DNA from: a virus | DNA length: 64,000 nucleotides | Virus record (IMG/VR): IMGVR_UViG_3300028569_000023 | Location: 1-64,000 of that record | Strand: one strand, 5' to 3' | Shown: piece by piece, positions 1-8,284 of the stretch | How positions within the stretch are numbered: the stretch's first letter is position 1 | Layout of the letters: each line of letters begins with the position of its first letter | The notes under the pieces: generated by a model | The model's input: the letters and a program-made list of their open reading frames with translations, nothing else | The model's database searches: none | What the model was told of the DNA's origin: nothing | Translations under genes and position numbers: made by a program

Positions 1-18
1 AACACATACCCCCCCCCT

Positions 19-185
19 AGCAATAACCATGCCAAGTAATAGAACTCCGAAGCTCATGCAATAACTATACTAACCGTACAACTGTATGGTATAACAAAGC
101 GTATGCAAGGATCGTACCTGGTACAGAAGTTGCAGAGAGATGCAAGATCTATGCCAATGGTCCATCCTATGCAATAGCCATGCTA
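19..185. promoter_or_regulatory. Array of sigma54 (RpoN) -24/-12-like motifs
   Basis: Consensus TGGCACGNNNNTTGCW. Minus strand: 19-34 TGGCATGGTTATTGCT, 57-72 TAGTATAGTTATTGCA, 104-119 AGGTACGATCCTTGCA, 141-156 TGGCATAGATCTTGCA, 170-185 TAGCATGGCTATTGCA. Plus strand: 119-134 TGGTACAGAAGTTGCA, 158-173 TGGTCCATCCTATGCA. Confidence 0.75.
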
Positions 186-333
186 GCGAAATAATATTTC
201 GTTGTGACGATATGTGACCATATATGTTATATCTAAACAATCCTAACACTCCTATATATACATGATGCGATAACACACCCTGAAGAACTATTAGACACTG
301 ACTAAACTATAACACCACCATAATCCCTAATGA

Positions 334-414
334 TAACAATGCGTTATAGCTAAGTAGTTGATATGTGCTGTCTAATACGTAAACAGGGTATATTCTAATA
401 GTTTCAATTAGTTA
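334..414. promoter_or_regulatory. IHF-consensus sites
   Basis: WATCAANNNNTTR: perfect at 351-363 (minus, TATCAACTACTTA); one mismatch at 334-346 and 402-414 (plus). Confidence 0.5.
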
Positions 415-419
415 AGTCC

Positions 420-435
420 TGGTATGGTATTAGCA
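420..435 (+). promoter_or_regulatory. Candidate sigma54 early promoter
   Basis: TGGTATGGTATTAGCA has correct GG-N10-GC spacing, lies just downstream of IHF-like sites and points into the early transcript. Confidence 0.55.
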
Positions 436-446
436 ACATACCTAAT

Positions 447-700
447 CAGAACACGCTGAACGTTAGCAGAATGGTCCTAGTCGTGAGACTCGGATATCAA
501 ACGAAAAACTCGACACCTAATAAACACTGTAAGTGTGATTCGAGCTAACTATATACCACGCGCTAACACCGCTTAGACGTATAGTTAGATGAGACCGAAA
601 CTCTCATTATAACCTTGCTTAGAATAGAGCTACCGAGGTCACTGGAACTTCGCGATTGTGCGAATGATTCTACACCTTAGGAGAACACCTCAGGCAAGGC
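447..700 (+). ncRNA. Structured leader RNA / candidate ncRNA
   Basis: ORF-free run of consecutive hairpins: AGTC-GTGA-GACT, CTCGA/TCGAG, CTAACTATA/TATAGTTAG, ATGAGA/TCTCAT and a long CCTTGC...GCAAGG domain. Confidence 0.5.
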
Positions 701-703
701 ATA

Positions 704-778
704 ACACGAAAAGCGGGGCTTAGGTCCCGCTTAGACGCGAATGAGTCTATAACGCGTCCTGATGAGTGTAAAGACTTA
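704..778 (+). ncRNA. Hammerhead ribozyme, type II with pseudoknot
   Basis: ACAC-GAAA-stem III (712-719/724-731)-UA cleavage after 733-stem I (GACGCG/CGCGTC)-CUGAUGA (759-765)-GUGU; loop I UGAGUCU pairs with 3' AGACUUA. Confidence 0.93.
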
Positions 779-797
779 ATAACTAAGGAGTTATAAC

Positions 798-947
798 ATG
801 ATCAAACGAGTCGAACAAAGTGACGCAGTTATCTTCGGAAAGACTTTCAAAGTGAAACGTGGCACAAAAATCCTTGTTAAGGGCAAGTTAAGCATTGAAT
901 CTATTGACGCTTTGATTCGCTGCGGCTTTACAATCGTTTATAAATAA
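798..947 (+). CDS. Small early hypothetical protein (49 aa, first gene; not in ORF track)
   Basis: TAAGGAG RBS at 784-790; ORF MIKRVEQSDAVIFGK...VYK*. Confidence 0.75.
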   Translation: MIKRVEQSDAVIFGKTFKVKRGTKILVKGKLSIESIDALIRCGFTIVYK

Positions 948-958
948 GGAGTTATCTT

Positions 959-1159
959 ATGAGAACTATTGAATCTTCACAGTTTCTTAACAATCGTATT
1001 CAAATTGTATATCACGCTGAAAGCGCGGCATATGCTGCAATGGTGAATAATCGGCCTGTTACGGAATACGGCAAGCTTGTACTTGACTCTTCAAAACTTA
1101 ACTTGATAACCTTTGTACGTGAAGCTATTCTTAACAATAAGTTCCCCAAGGTGAAGTAA
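959..1159 (+). CDS. Hypothetical protein
   Basis: TAAGGAG RBS, in early operon. Confidence 0.7.
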   Translation: MRTIESSQFLNNRIQIVYHAESAAYAAMVNNRPVTEYGKLVLDSSKLNLITFVREAILNNKFPKVK

Positions 1160-1223
1160 CATGGTAACGTTTTTGGTTGTCCTATTGATTCTGCACGATG
1201 TCCTATAAGATTAAGGAGATACG

Positions 1224-1598
1224 ATGTCCAATCTTGGAACACTCACAACGAAGCTTTATAAAGAACTTGTTAACAATAGTATGGCTGGAGCTTCGATCAT
1301 GTCCGATGGTAAAATTCCCAAGTCTGGCTTTGCTTTGAGTATTGACCCTGATTTTGAGGAAAAAACAGACGTTCTTAACTTTCACGTTCTCGTAACATAC
1401 GCTTCGAAAGTTGAAAAGTTCCTTAATAAATCAGTAGATAAGGGAATTGGTATCTGGTTCAATGAGTCCGAGGGAATGTTTTATCTTGACGTTATCACTG
1501 TTAAGAAGAGTATTAACGAGGCGATAACACTCGCAAAAATGAACAATCAACTTGCAATCTTCCACCTTAACACAAAACAGGAGATTAAGATTGTATGA
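1224..1598 (+). CDS. Hypothetical phage protein
   Basis: AAGGAG RBS; 124 aa ORF. Confidence 0.75.
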   Translation: MSNLGTLTTKLYKELVNNSMAGASIMSDGKIPKSGFALSIDPDFEEKTDVLNFHVLVTYASKVEKFLNKSVDKGIGIWFNESEGMFYLDVITVKKSINEAITLAKMNNQLAIFHLNTKQEIKIV

Positions 1599-1816
1599 AG
1601 AAAAAATTCTGGTTAATTGCGGATACTTATCATAACGATTATACTAGGGTTTTCGTTGAGGCTATTGACGCTTATAATTTTATTAACAATGCCTTTACAT
1701 TTCCTAATCAGACTGATTTTGTGATTCACGCGAGAGAACTTACCTTGAAAGATCTTGATCTTATCCTAGAGGGAGAGAACGTAGAAGAAACTTGGGAGAA
1801 TGCTAAAAATGTATAA
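1595..1816 (+). CDS. Hypothetical protein
   Basis: ATGA overlap with upstream gene. Confidence 0.65.
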   Translation: MKKKFWLIADTYHNDYTRVFVEAIDAYNFINNAFTFPNQTDFVIHARELTLKDLDLILEGENVEETWENAKNV

Positions 1817-1983
1817 AGTAATTGTTAACGATATTGAACTTCTCTTTAAAGTAGAATCTCCGAAGCTTTTCATTCGTCGCTTTTTAAAGCCGACGCATAT
1901 GGGGCAATGGGTTAAGACTTCGCAAGGTCTTGAATATAACACCACTATTGGCAAGTATTACGTTTTCATTAAGGAGTAGCATT

Positions 1984-2322
1984 ATGTCGGCAAGAACTTA
2001 CAATCTTTATAAACCTAAGAAATACGGTAACGTGCAAGTCCAATTAAGCGAAGATAAAGAAACGATTAAGGTTTATCTTCATGATCATAACGTTCTAAGT
2101 TTCAATCCTCGCACAAAGGAACTTGTTCTTAACGCTTGTGAGTGGCATACAATGACTACTACGACTGCGATTAATACCGCGTTAAAACAAATTGACTTGC
2201 CCTATTATGTATTCAGAAAAGATGGTATGATTTTTGTATCAGGCTTTGAAAACGTTTTCGAGAAGGTACAATTCTTGAGCGCAAAAATGCGAGTCACAAG
2301 CGTAGGCCTTGAAAAGGTATAA
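1984..2322 (+). CDS. Hypothetical phage early protein
   Basis: AAGGAG RBS before ATG at 1984 (start revised from track). Confidence 0.7.
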   Translation: MSARTYNLYKPKKYGNVQVQLSEDKETIKVYLHDHNVLSFNPRTKELVLNACEWHTMTTTTAINTALKQIDLPYYVFRKDGMIFVSGFENVFEKVQFLSAKMRVTSVGLEKV

Positions 2323-2323
2323 C

Positions 2324-2344
2324 TTTCTAGAGAATCTTAATACC
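2324..2344 (+). repeat. Intergenic element copy 1 (TTTCTAGAGAATCTTAATACC)
   Basis: Other copies at 3843, 6912 and 11078. Confidence 0.85.
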
Positions 2345-2386
2345 GCCTTTTCTATAACGTTCTTAACTTAACAATGGGAGAGAATT

Positions 2387-2965
2387 ATGCGAGTTATCAC
2401 ACAACAAACAGAAGTGTTTAAATTCGAGGAACTTGAAGATTCTGTTAAGACAAAGGTTATCGATAAGTTTCGAGACTTTAACTTGGACCATACGTGGTGG
2501 GAATTCTGCGAGGAGAATATTAAGAATGATCTTGAGAAGATCGGCCTTAGACTTGATAAAGCCTACTTTTCAGGCTTTTGTTCCCAAGGTGATGGGGCTT
2601 GTCTAGAAGTAACGCTGATGGATTATGAAAAACTTATCCCTAAACTTAAAGAACGTGGCGTGCCGATGCGTGAAATTGTTCTCGCGAGGAAACTTGGATT
2701 AAGCTTTGATACTAAACACTCGGGACATTATTATCATGAGAATTCATTGCGTTATAACATTGACGCCGATTATTATCCTCATAAACGGCACGAGAAAACT
2801 TGGAATGATCTTGAAGATACTGTTAAGGAACTTGTGCAAGATCTAAGCCGTGATTATTACAGAACACTCGAAAAGGAATACGAGTATTTGACAAGCGATG
2901 AAATGATCAAAGAATCTCTTGAAGCTAATGAATACGAATTTAAGAAAGACGGGAGTATTTTCTAA
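2387..2965 (+). CDS. Hypothetical phage protein
   Basis: 192 aa ORF with GGAG RBS; FSGFCSQGDGA motif. Confidence 0.8.
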   Translation: MRVITQQTEVFKFEELEDSVKTKVIDKFRDFNLDHTWWEFCEENIKNDLEKIGLRLDKAYFSGFCSQGDGACLEVTLMDYEKLIPKLKERGVPMREIVLARKLGLSFDTKHSGHYYHENSLRYNIDADYYPHKRHEKTWNDLEDTVKELVQDLSRDYYRTLEKEYEYLTSDEMIKESLEANEYEFKKDGSIF

Positions 2966-3168
2966 TGGAAATCAAAGGATTAACCGTACAAGAATTAAGT
3001 CTTATTAAATCAGGACTTGAGCTTAATTCGAAGAACTTAGAAAGACTGCGCGATGCCTGTCAAGATTCTGAATTGAATGCTATATTTAGCAATAGACGTA
3101 ACCTTAATAGAAAACTTTACAAAGAAATATCAGACGCTATACTGGAATTAACTGAGGAGAATGAATAA
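2965..3168 (+). CDS. Hypothetical protein
   Basis: TAATG coupling. Confidence 0.65.
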   Translation: MEIKGLTVQELSLIKSGLELNSKNLERLRDACQDSELNAIFSNRRNLNRKLYKEISDAILELTEENE

Positions 3169-3470
3169 TGAAAACGTATAACTTTGAAGTTCGGGACCTT
3201 GGTGATATTGACGTGGGACTTTTGCCTACAATCTCCACGATAACAATTAATTCAGAGAATGAACTAAGCGATGAACAAATACAAATCACTAAACTTTTCC
3301 TGCAAGATCTTTTCGACTCCGCTACGATGGTTGAAGTTCTAGACGACAATGATCTTAGAAAAGAAATCGAGGACCGGCTAGAGCTACAAGAAATGATTGA
3401 CCTAGAGAGACAAGCGGAATTCGAGAATAACGTGCTTAATGAAACGTTGAAAGTCTGGAGAGTAATGTAA
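3168..3470 (+). CDS. Hypothetical protein
   Basis: GAGGAG RBS, TAATG coupling. Confidence 0.7.
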   Translation: MKTYNFEVRDLGDIDVGLLPTISTITINSENELSDEQIQITKLFLQDLFDSATMVEVLDDNDLRKEIEDRLELQEMIDLERQAEFENNVLNETLKVWRVM

Positions 3471-3709
3471 TGAAAGTTAAGGAGTTAATTGAATCTTTAC
3501 AGAAACTCCCTCAAGATGATGAAATCTTTGTAGGTGATCATACTTATGGTACGCAATTGCTTTACATTCCCGACCCTAAGCACGTAGATATATTGACTAA
3601 TGCGTACAATGAAGACTATGAAGTAACGATATACGATTTTAAATCAGAGGAAGATACTGAGGACTATTTCACAGACGCTACTAATTTGAGAAAAGGATGG
3701 CTTTTATGA
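3470..3709 (+). CDS. Hypothetical protein
   Basis: TAATG coupling; MKVKELIESLQKLP start. Confidence 0.7.
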   Translation: MKVKELIESLQKLPQDDEIFVGDHTYGTQLLYIPDPKHVDILTNAYNEDYEVTIYDFKSEEDTEDYFTDATNLRKGWLL

Positions 3710-3842
3710 GAACTTTAAGTGTACAATTTCTTGACAGTGTTGACTCGACTGGATTCTACTATTATCTGATTCGCCGCGCTAATGGCAAACTAATGGCACG
3801 CCCTATTCACAATCAACCAAAGTATCAATACAATAACTAAAC

Positions 3843-3900
3843 TTTCTAGAGAATCTTAATACCCTCTTGACATTGCTTGGTTTTTAAGTACCGGGCGCGG
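3843..3900 (+). repeat. Intergenic element copy 2
   Basis: TTTCTAGAGAATCTTAATACCCTC...CCGGGCG. Confidence 0.85.
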
Positions 3901-3927
3901 GACCAATTTTAACATAAGGAGTTTTAC

Positions 3928-6015
3928 ATGAGACTAAATAACGCAGTGAATACACTTGAAACTAATGCTCAAACTGTATCGACAAACTTCGGAATTGGCG
4001 ATGTCGGCATGGTTATTGAAATTCTTAGGTCTAAGCTTTACTCTCATCCTATTAGGACTTTGGTACAAGAGTACGCTTGCAATGGCCGCGATGCAATGCG
4101 TGAAGTTAAGTCGCAAGATCGCTTGATTATAACAGCGCCTACAACTTTTAATCCAGAATTCCGAGTGAGGGACTTCGGACCCGGTATCTCGCCCGAACGT
4201 ATTGAGAACGTATTCGTTCTTTACGGCGCGAGCACTAAGCGTAAAGATAATACGCAAACTGGCGGCTTTGGTATCGGTGCTAAATCGGCTTGGAGTTATA
4301 CCGATAGCTTTACCATTACGACATTCATTGACGGCACTAAGCGCGAATACGTGGCGCATATCGGTACTAGTCAAAACGGTAGCCTTGACTTTGTATCAGA
4401 GTCTAAAACAGACGAAAAGAATGGCACAGAGATTAAGATCGCAGTGAATCTTCAAGATATTGTGAAGTTCCAAAAGGCAATTCAACGCGCAGTATTCTTT
4501 TGGGAAGAGAAAGAAAAACCAGAACTTCGTTGTGTACAAGTGCCTGATCTTTCTAAGCAAAACGGTGATGAACTTCGAATTGAGGAACTCCTTATCACCG
4601 ATAAGAGCTTGGATTTTGTCGAGTCTAATAACGGTTACTACGGATCACGCGGTGGTTTCTTTCTGATTGTTGACGGCGTACCGTATCCGATCGATGATGA
4701 ACTTGTTAATGAAAACGAGAGTCTAAAGAACTTTCGTACTAAAGTATCGCACATAGTTAACGTATTTTGTAGCGTACAAACTGGATTTGTTGAAGTAAGT
4801 GCTAATCGTGAGCAACTCTCTGATTCTAAAGCTACCCGCACTGCGCTTAATCTTATCGCAAAACGGTGGACTAATCTTCTCGACAAGTATCATTCCGATA
4901 AGTTCCAAGATTGTAAAACCGTAATGGATTATCTCAAAGCTCAAGCTACATTCGAAAAGGTATTTGTTCGCTCAAGTTTCTCGAATGAAGTGGACGGTTA
5001 TAAGATTAACGATTGTCGAGTTACGAGTGACTTGTTTGATAAGACTAAGTGTACGGAAGTATTCGGAACTTCAAACGATAACTTGAAATACTCTGATAAG
5101 ACTAAGAGAGTATTTCATATCGACGAACTCCAAACGGTTTATATCGATGATTTGAAAAGCGATACGTCAAAGGTCGAGAGGGCAGCAGTGTTGAGGGGAG
5201 CAGTTAAAACCACTGGTAAAAAGAACACGATACTTGTATTATCTAATGGAATACACGTTACTAAATACGATAATAATCACAAGGCTACTAGTACATTCAA
5301 AGCAATGACCGATGCGGAATGGGATAAGCTTGTATTGGATCTTGAAATTAAGAAACTGTCAAGTGTAACTCCCGATTATCGTGCAAAGAAAACAAGATCG
5401 GTTAACTCTTCGGGACAAAAACAAAAAGGCGAGATCACTGTATGGCGCAATAGCAGTGGCAATAAAAAGAATATCGATCTTGATAATGTCACTTTGAAAT
5501 ACGTATATCTTAAACTTGATGATACGGAAAAGCATCGCGAGTTTCAGGGAGTGGTTCATCTTATGGGATACGAGCTTGTACGAATGGGAGACGGATCGAT
5601 TAAGAAGATTAAAGATGACGCTGATTTCATGGCATTTGATAAGTTCGTAGAAAGTCTTAAAGATAATAAGAAGTTAAAGCAAGCTTGTATTGATCGTCAG
5701 TTTATCAATAGTAACTGTTATATTCAGCAACTAGTTCGAATCAAAAAAGAAATCACTAATCCGGACATTAAAAAGATGCTTGATAAAACTAATGTTACAG
5801 CACAAGGTCATTACGAAAACGGCATAGCGCTATCTCCCTCTGTTATTACCCTTGTATCTTCATGGGATGGAATGAAACAAATGGAAAAAGAAATCGAAGA
5901 ATTTGCTAAACTAGTTAAGACAAAATATGCTATCGTTACTAATGTAAATCAATATGCATCCGGTACTGATCAAGAAAACGAAAACATCATCTGGTATATC
6001 AATAACCGTAAATAA
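3928..6015 (+). CDS. rIIA: RIIA-like protein (N-terminal GHKL/HATPase domain)
   Basis: LYSHPIRTLVQEYACNGRDA, VRDFGPGIS, STK...GGFGIGAKS GHKL motifs; followed by an rIIB-like gene. Confidence 0.85.
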   Translation: MRLNNAVNTLETNAQTVSTNFGIGDVGMVIEILRSKLYSHPIRTLVQEYACNGRDAMREVKSQDRLIITAPTTFNPEFRVRDFGPGISPERIENVFVLYGASTKRKDNTQTGGFGIGAKSAWSYTDSFTITTFIDGTKREYVAHIGTSQNGSLDFVSESKTDEKNGTEIKIAVNLQDIVKFQKAIQRAVFFWEEKEKPELRCVQVPDLSKQNGDELRIEELLITDKSLDFVESNNGYYGSRGGFFLIVDGVPYPIDDELVNENESLKNFRTKVSHIVNVFCSVQTGFVEVSANREQLSDSKATRTALNLIAKRWTNLLDKYHSDKFQDCKTVMDYLKAQATFEKVFVRSSFSNEVDGYKINDCRVTSDLFDKTKCTEVFGTSNDNLKYSDKTKRVFHIDELQTVYIDDLKSDTSKVERAAVLRGAVKTTGKKNTILVLSNGIHVTKYDNNHKATSTFKAMTDAEWDKLVLDLEIKKLSSVTPDYRAKKTRSVNSSGQKQKGEITVWRNSSGNKKNIDLDNVTLKYVYLKLDDTEKHREFQGVVHLMGYELVRMGDGSIKKIKDDADFMAFDKFVESLKDNKKLKQACIDRQFINSNCYIQQLVRIKKEITNPDIKKMLDKTNVTAQGHYENGIALSPSVITLVSSWDGMKQMEKEIEEFAKLVKTKYAIVTNVNQYASGTDQENENIIWYINNRK

Positions 6016-6026
6016 GGAGAAACAAA

Positions 6027-6923
6027 ATGTCACACGTAAAATACCATGTCCTACCTAATAGTATCGTTCTTAATTTTCACGGTAAAACAATGTCAATTCC
6101 CCGAGATGACAAGCGTTATGATAAAGTTCTAGGTCTTATTAGGTCGGGACAATTGGCAGATATTCCCGCAGCTATCGATCTGGAAACAATGTTTAAAGGT
6201 ACTAGGATGTCACTGGTGGACGGCGTTGTACAAATCGACGGCGATGAACTCCCGAATGCCCTATCTAAAAAGATTCTACTCCTCAAAGAACAAGACCTAC
6301 CGCTGGATTCGATTGTTAATTTCTGGGATAGACTTAAACTTAATCCAAGCTTTAACTCTCGTAAACAACTGTATGATTTCCTTGAATTTAATCAACACCC
6401 ATTGACAGAGGATGGCAAGTTCATTGCATATCGCGGAGTGACAGAGGATTTCAAAGATATTCATTCTAAGACTTTCGATAATTCAGTAGGCAGTGTTTGC
6501 GAAATGCCCCGCGATAAGGTGGATGATAACCCTAATAATACTTGTAGCTTCGGACTACACGTAGCATCTCACTCATACGCTAAAGGATTTGGACCTAAGC
6601 TTGTAGAAGTTGAAGTAGACCCGGCAGATGTCATAGCAGTGCCTACCGATTATAACGGTACAAAGATGCGCGTCTGTAAATTTAAGGTTATCGCACTGGG
6701 CGAGAACGAACGTACCGAAGTTCTATACGGTCATATCCCTGAATCAGTTGATGAAGAAACAAGCGATGACAACTCTGAGGAACTCGCGTTAATCGAACAA
6801 GAAATGAATGAAGTCGAAACTAGTATCTTGAACTTTGACCCGCGTCATGACAGTATTGATTATCTAATCGAGATGCGCGATAGACTCGAAAGACTTGAAA
6901 ACGAGAAGAGTTTTCTAGAGTAA
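6027..6923 (+). CDS. rIIB: RIIB-like protein
   Basis: NPS...QLYDFL...LTEDGKFIAYRGV, CSFGLHV, VPTDYNGTKMRVC motifs; adjacent to rIIA. Confidence 0.85.
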   Translation: MSHVKYHVLPNSIVLNFHGKTMSIPRDDKRYDKVLGLIRSGQLADIPAAIDLETMFKGTRMSLVDGVVQIDGDELPNALSKKILLLKEQDLPLDSIVNFWDRLKLNPSFNSRKQLYDFLEFNQHPLTEDGKFIAYRGVTEDFKDIHSKTFDNSVGSVCEMPRDKVDDNPNNTCSFGLHVASHSYAKGFGPKLVEVEVDPADVIAVPTDYNGTKMRVCKFKVIALGENERTEVLYGHIPESVDEETSDDNSEELALIEQEMNEVETSILNFDPRHDSIDYLIEMRDRLERLENEKSFLE

Positions 6924-6986
6924 TTTAATACCCTCTAGTTTCTATCCAAACTTTAAGACCGGGCGGGGAACGAAATCTCCGCTCGG
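6912..6986 (+). repeat. Intergenic element copy 3 with downstream hairpin
   Basis: TTTCTAGAGTAATTTAATACCCTC followed by hairpin CCGGGCGGGGA-ACGAAA-TCTCCGCTCGG (6959-6986). Confidence 0.8.
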
Positions 6987-7000
6987 AATAGGAGAATGAA

Positions 7001-7216
7001 ATGGGTTTTCTTAAACAAAAACAATTACCTGAAGACGACGAAAAAGAATTGCGCAGACTCGCGTGGGTTCAACTTCGAAAACATCTTGACTATGAAGCTC
7101 TTGTATTGTCATATGTAGATGCGTATGAAGTAGGGGCGAGATCGGGATTTACAGACGGTTATCTTAAAGGTCTTGAAGTAGGGATCGGTAAAGGATTGGA
7201 GACAAGCGATGAATAA
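7001..7216 (+). CDS. Hypothetical protein
   Basis: AGGAG RBS. Confidence 0.65.
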   Translation: MGFLKQKQLPEDDEKELRRLAWVQLRKHLDYEALVLSYVDAYEVGARSGFTDGYLKGLEVGIGKGLETSDE

Positions 7217-7922
7217 CAAATACGAATTTACAGGACAGACTATCGTATCGTTCGGTATTACTCTAAAACAGATTAGACGTAAATCAGACGGACTAATCGG
7301 TGGATACATTGAGAGCGAGAAGAACTTGAGCTTCGATGGTGACTCTTGGGTTTCCGGTAAAGCTCAGGTTTCAGGTAACGCTCAGGTTTACGGTAACGCT
7401 CAGGTTTCCGGTAACGCTCTGGTTTTCGGTAACGCTCAGGTTTACGGTGACGCTCTGGTTTTCGGTAACGCTCTGGTTTACGGTAACGCTCTGGTTTTCG
7501 GTAACGCTCTGGTTTACGGTGACGCTCTGGTTTTCGGTAACGCTCAGGTTTACGGTGACGCTCAGGTTTCCGGTAACGCTCTGGTTTTCGGTAACGCTCA
7601 GGTTTACGGTAACGCTCTGGTTTTCGGTAACGCTCTGGTTTACGGTGACGCTCTGGTTTTCGGTAACGCTCTGGTTTACGGTGACGCTGTTATTAAGTCC
7701 AAAGCATGTCTAATCGTTCTAGTACTAGGACTTAGCTATAACGTAACAATTACACCGCAGAACGTTTCGATTGGTTGTAAACTGTATGACTATAAGACAC
7801 TGAGGCATATGACGAAAGAACAAGCTATTAACGAAGGTATTTTAGAAAGCGAAGTATCGTTTTATCACGCCATGATAATGGAAAGTCTTAATGAAATGGA
7901 GAGACGCAATGGAACGAAATAA
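7209..7922 (+). CDS. Hexapeptide-repeat (beta-helix) phage protein
   Basis: GGYIESEKNL followed by ~19 G[ND]A[LQ]V[FYS] repeats and C-terminal IGC motif. Confidence 0.85.
   Translation: MNNKYEFTGQTIVSFGITLKQIRRKSDGLIGGYIESEKNLSFDGDSWVSGKAQVSGNAQVYGNAQVSGNALVFGNAQVYGDALVFGNALVYGNALVFGNALVYGDALVFGNAQVYGDAQVSGNALVFGNAQVYGNALVFGNALVYGDALVFGNALVYGDAVIKSKACLIVLVLGLSYNVTITPQNVSIGCKLYDYKTLRHMTKEQAINEGILESEVSFYHAMIMESLNEMERRNGTK
7338..7688 (+). repeat. 18-bp coding tandem repeat (~19.5 units)
   Basis: Near-identical units such as GGTAACGCTCTGGTTTTC. Confidence 0.95.
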
Positions 7923-8121
7923 GGAAGAAAAGCGTAGAGCAGAATGGGATGCAATGACTCATCTCGCTAAAACTTATCCAAAGAAATACTCTCTCAGTAT
8001 CGGCATTGAAAATGTTTATCTATGGGAACTCAAAGATTTCGGAAAGCAAGTGTTCTACTGGTTCCCAGTGATGGATTTAACAGAACAACAACAAATAAGA
8101 GATACCGAATGGGAGCAATAA
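7909..8121 (+). CDS. Hypothetical protein
   Basis: ORF in operon; start revised to MERNK. Confidence 0.55.
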   Translation: MERNKEEKRRAEWDAMTHLAKTYPKKYSLSIGIENVYLWELKDFGKQVFYWFPVMDLTEQQQIRDTEWEQ

Positions 8122-8282
8122 TCTTAACGATCTTCATCATTTACCTTATACTTGCCGTACCAGTGACTCGGTTTTTTGTACTAAAACTCACAGAGTTGAT
8201 GTTTAATACTCTCGCTTGGTTTACAAGTACGATTACTGGATGGTTTATCATCGGCATTATATACGCAATATCTAGGAGTTAA
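8109..8282 (+). CDS. Small membrane protein
   Basis: Two hydrophobic stretches; start revised to MGAIIL. Confidence 0.55.
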   Translation: MGAIILTIFIIYLILAVPVTRFFVLKLTELMFNTLAWFTSTITGWFIIGIIYAISRS

Positions 8283-8284
8283 CA

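Noticed and set aside
70-276. Minus-strand 68-aa ORF
   Set aside because: It has no RBS, an atypical composition, and overlaps the sigma54 motif array.
580-612. Second minimal hammerhead (TAGATGAGACCGAAAC)
   Set aside because: The core is UAGAUGA rather than CUGAUGA, and stems II and III cannot form. The segment is better explained by an AUGAGA/UCUCAU hairpin.
1-710. Recurrent AACAC pentamers and a C9 run near the left end
   Set aside because: These are too short and irregular to separate from local composition without statistics.
7338-7688. Possible CRISPR array
   Set aside because: Units are contiguous in-frame 18-mers with no unique spacers, so this is a coding repeat.
7336-7713. Alternative-frame ORF over the hexapeptide repeat
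   Set aside because: It is open only because the repeat unit lacks stops in that frame.
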